Source of the DNA: Tubulanus polymorphus
Taxonomy: Eukaryota > Animalia > Nemertea
NCBI RefSeq assembly: GCF_964204645.1
Contig: NW_027437456.1
Location: 1 to 64,000, forward strand
DNA: 64,000 bases
Direction of reading: 5' to 3'
Part shown: positions 62,656 through 64,000 of the stretch, in pieces
Layout: every line of letters begins with the position of its first letter
How positions within the stretch are numbered: position 1 is the first letter of the stretch
Program-made: the position numbers and the translations under genes
The notes under the pieces: model-generated
What the model was told of the DNA's origin: nothing
Databases searched by the model: none
What the model saw: the letters and a program-made list of their open reading frames with translations, nothing else

Positions 62656-62905
62656 CTTAAAATATTTATATACATAAATAAAATATATATGAATAACATA
62701 TAAATTGATAGATTATTCAATATAAAAGTGTGAGCTCTTATTGAATAGATATAAAAGTATATATTTACAACATTATTTCAATATTCATATTTGTGTGAGT
62801 TAGATTTTTAAACATTAAAAGTGTTAGTAAAGTGTGATTGAAATAATGCATAATATAAATCATTGAACTTCTAAAATCAATTTAGTAAAAAAATATGTAT
62901 AATAA

Positions 62906-63574
62906 ATGGAACCAGAACAACCACAAATTATCAATATTACAAATAACAATGGTGTCATAAATATATGTTACAAGAAGTGTTCTAAATGTGAATTAGATAA
63001 ATTAGCTATAACAGAATTTAATAAGCGTAAGATTAGCAAAGATGGTTTTCAATATTGCTGTAAAACTTGTTTTAAACTATATACCAAACAATATTGAGAA
63101 GATAATAGAGAAGCTTATAATGATTATATGACAGAATATATGAGAGAAAGATATCAAACAGATCTTAATTTTAGATTAAAACAATGTTTAAGATCTAGAT
63201 TAACACAATTATTCAACAAAGAAACACATTCAGAAACACTATCTAGTTTATTGGGTTGTTCAGATGAATTCTTAGAATCATGGATAATATATCAATTCGA
63301 TGATAAAATGAATATAGATAATTATGGTGAATACTTTCATATTGATCACGTGTTGCCGATTTCTAAATTTGACATGAGTGATGATTATAATAAGAAGCTA
63401 ATATGGAACTGGAAAAATTTAAGGCCTTTAGAAAAGAAGGAAAACATAATTAAATCTAATAAACTAGATTTACAGTTATATTTAGATCAACTGGATAAAG
63501 CAAAGACATTTGTTGAATTATGGAATAGTATTTCACAGAATCAACCGCATTCTGAGGTTTTGATCAGTGGTTAG
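62906..63574 (+). pseudogene. Intronless virus-like CxxC zinc-ribbon plus HNH-type endonuclease, with one in-frame TGA at 63095-63097
   Basis: ORFs 62906..63097 and 63128..63574 share a frame. Motifs are KKCSKC..SKDG..CCKTC, LLGCS..QF..MN..NYGEYFHIDHVLPISKFD and WNWKNLRPL..ENIIKSNK, typical of large dsDNA virus and phage endonucleases. Confidence 0.8.
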
Positions 63575-64000
63575 AAAGCTGGCAATTCTATTTGAGCTTT
63601 GTATGTATATAATACATAGCTTTTGCTTACTACTAAAACATATGTTGCCAAATATATCTTGTTTTCAATTCTAAAGAATTAATTAACTTCATCATAAAGA
63701 ACATCTGTGCAGAAGTAATTAGTTTGGTCAGGGAAGTGTCATCACACTTCCCTGGTTTGGTCAAACGTGCGCCACGTCGGCAGTTAGAAATCAACTTTCA
63801 CATAAATAGTACGTATTGGATATTCTCTCTCAAAACACAGTTTACAGTTCTAAATCTAAATATTAGTACATATATTATGAAGTAGGGAAACCTTTAAACA
63901 TATTTAAGTACAGGAATTCATTTTCACAACATCTTTTAGATTAAAATGGAATACAGAGATCAACCAGAAATTCTAAGCCAACCAACGTATGAGGAACCAG

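Overview
AT-rich eukaryotic DNA, probably from an invertebrate animal: it has spliceosomal introns and no prokaryotic operon structure. The window is almost entirely a nest of decayed transposable elements and satellites, with no recognisable conserved host gene. Hand-splicing of ORF fragments reconstructs four large DNA transposons, each carrying accessory protein domains. (1) 4325-19807: a 15.5-kb element with 20-bp TIRs and a TA target duplication. It holds an intron-containing DD34E Tc1-like transposase and a convergent 3-exon Tudor-like/BEN-domain gene, and it splits a virus-like HNH endonuclease gene whose uninterrupted paralogue lies at 62906-63574. (2) About 20303-28880: an element with long CTCGGCCGAG-array TIRs carrying a truncated KDZ (Kyakuja-Dileera-Zisupton) transposase and a convergent NRF1/EWG-like DNA-binding-domain gene, with a 4.3-kb hAT element inserted in it. 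(3) 37305-43020: a Helentron-type RepHel with two deubiquitinase-like domains. (4) 47718-54718: a Mutator-like multi-exon gene fusing SGNH hydrolase, Ulp1 protease, GATA finger, MULE DDE core, SWIM, C2H2-like and PHD domains. The rest is MITEs, HINE-like non-autonomous elements, 31/34/42/50-bp satellites, a 1.3-kb foldback and local duplications. Domain calls come from motif recognition by eye, not database searches, and nearly all coding regions carry stops or frameshifts.
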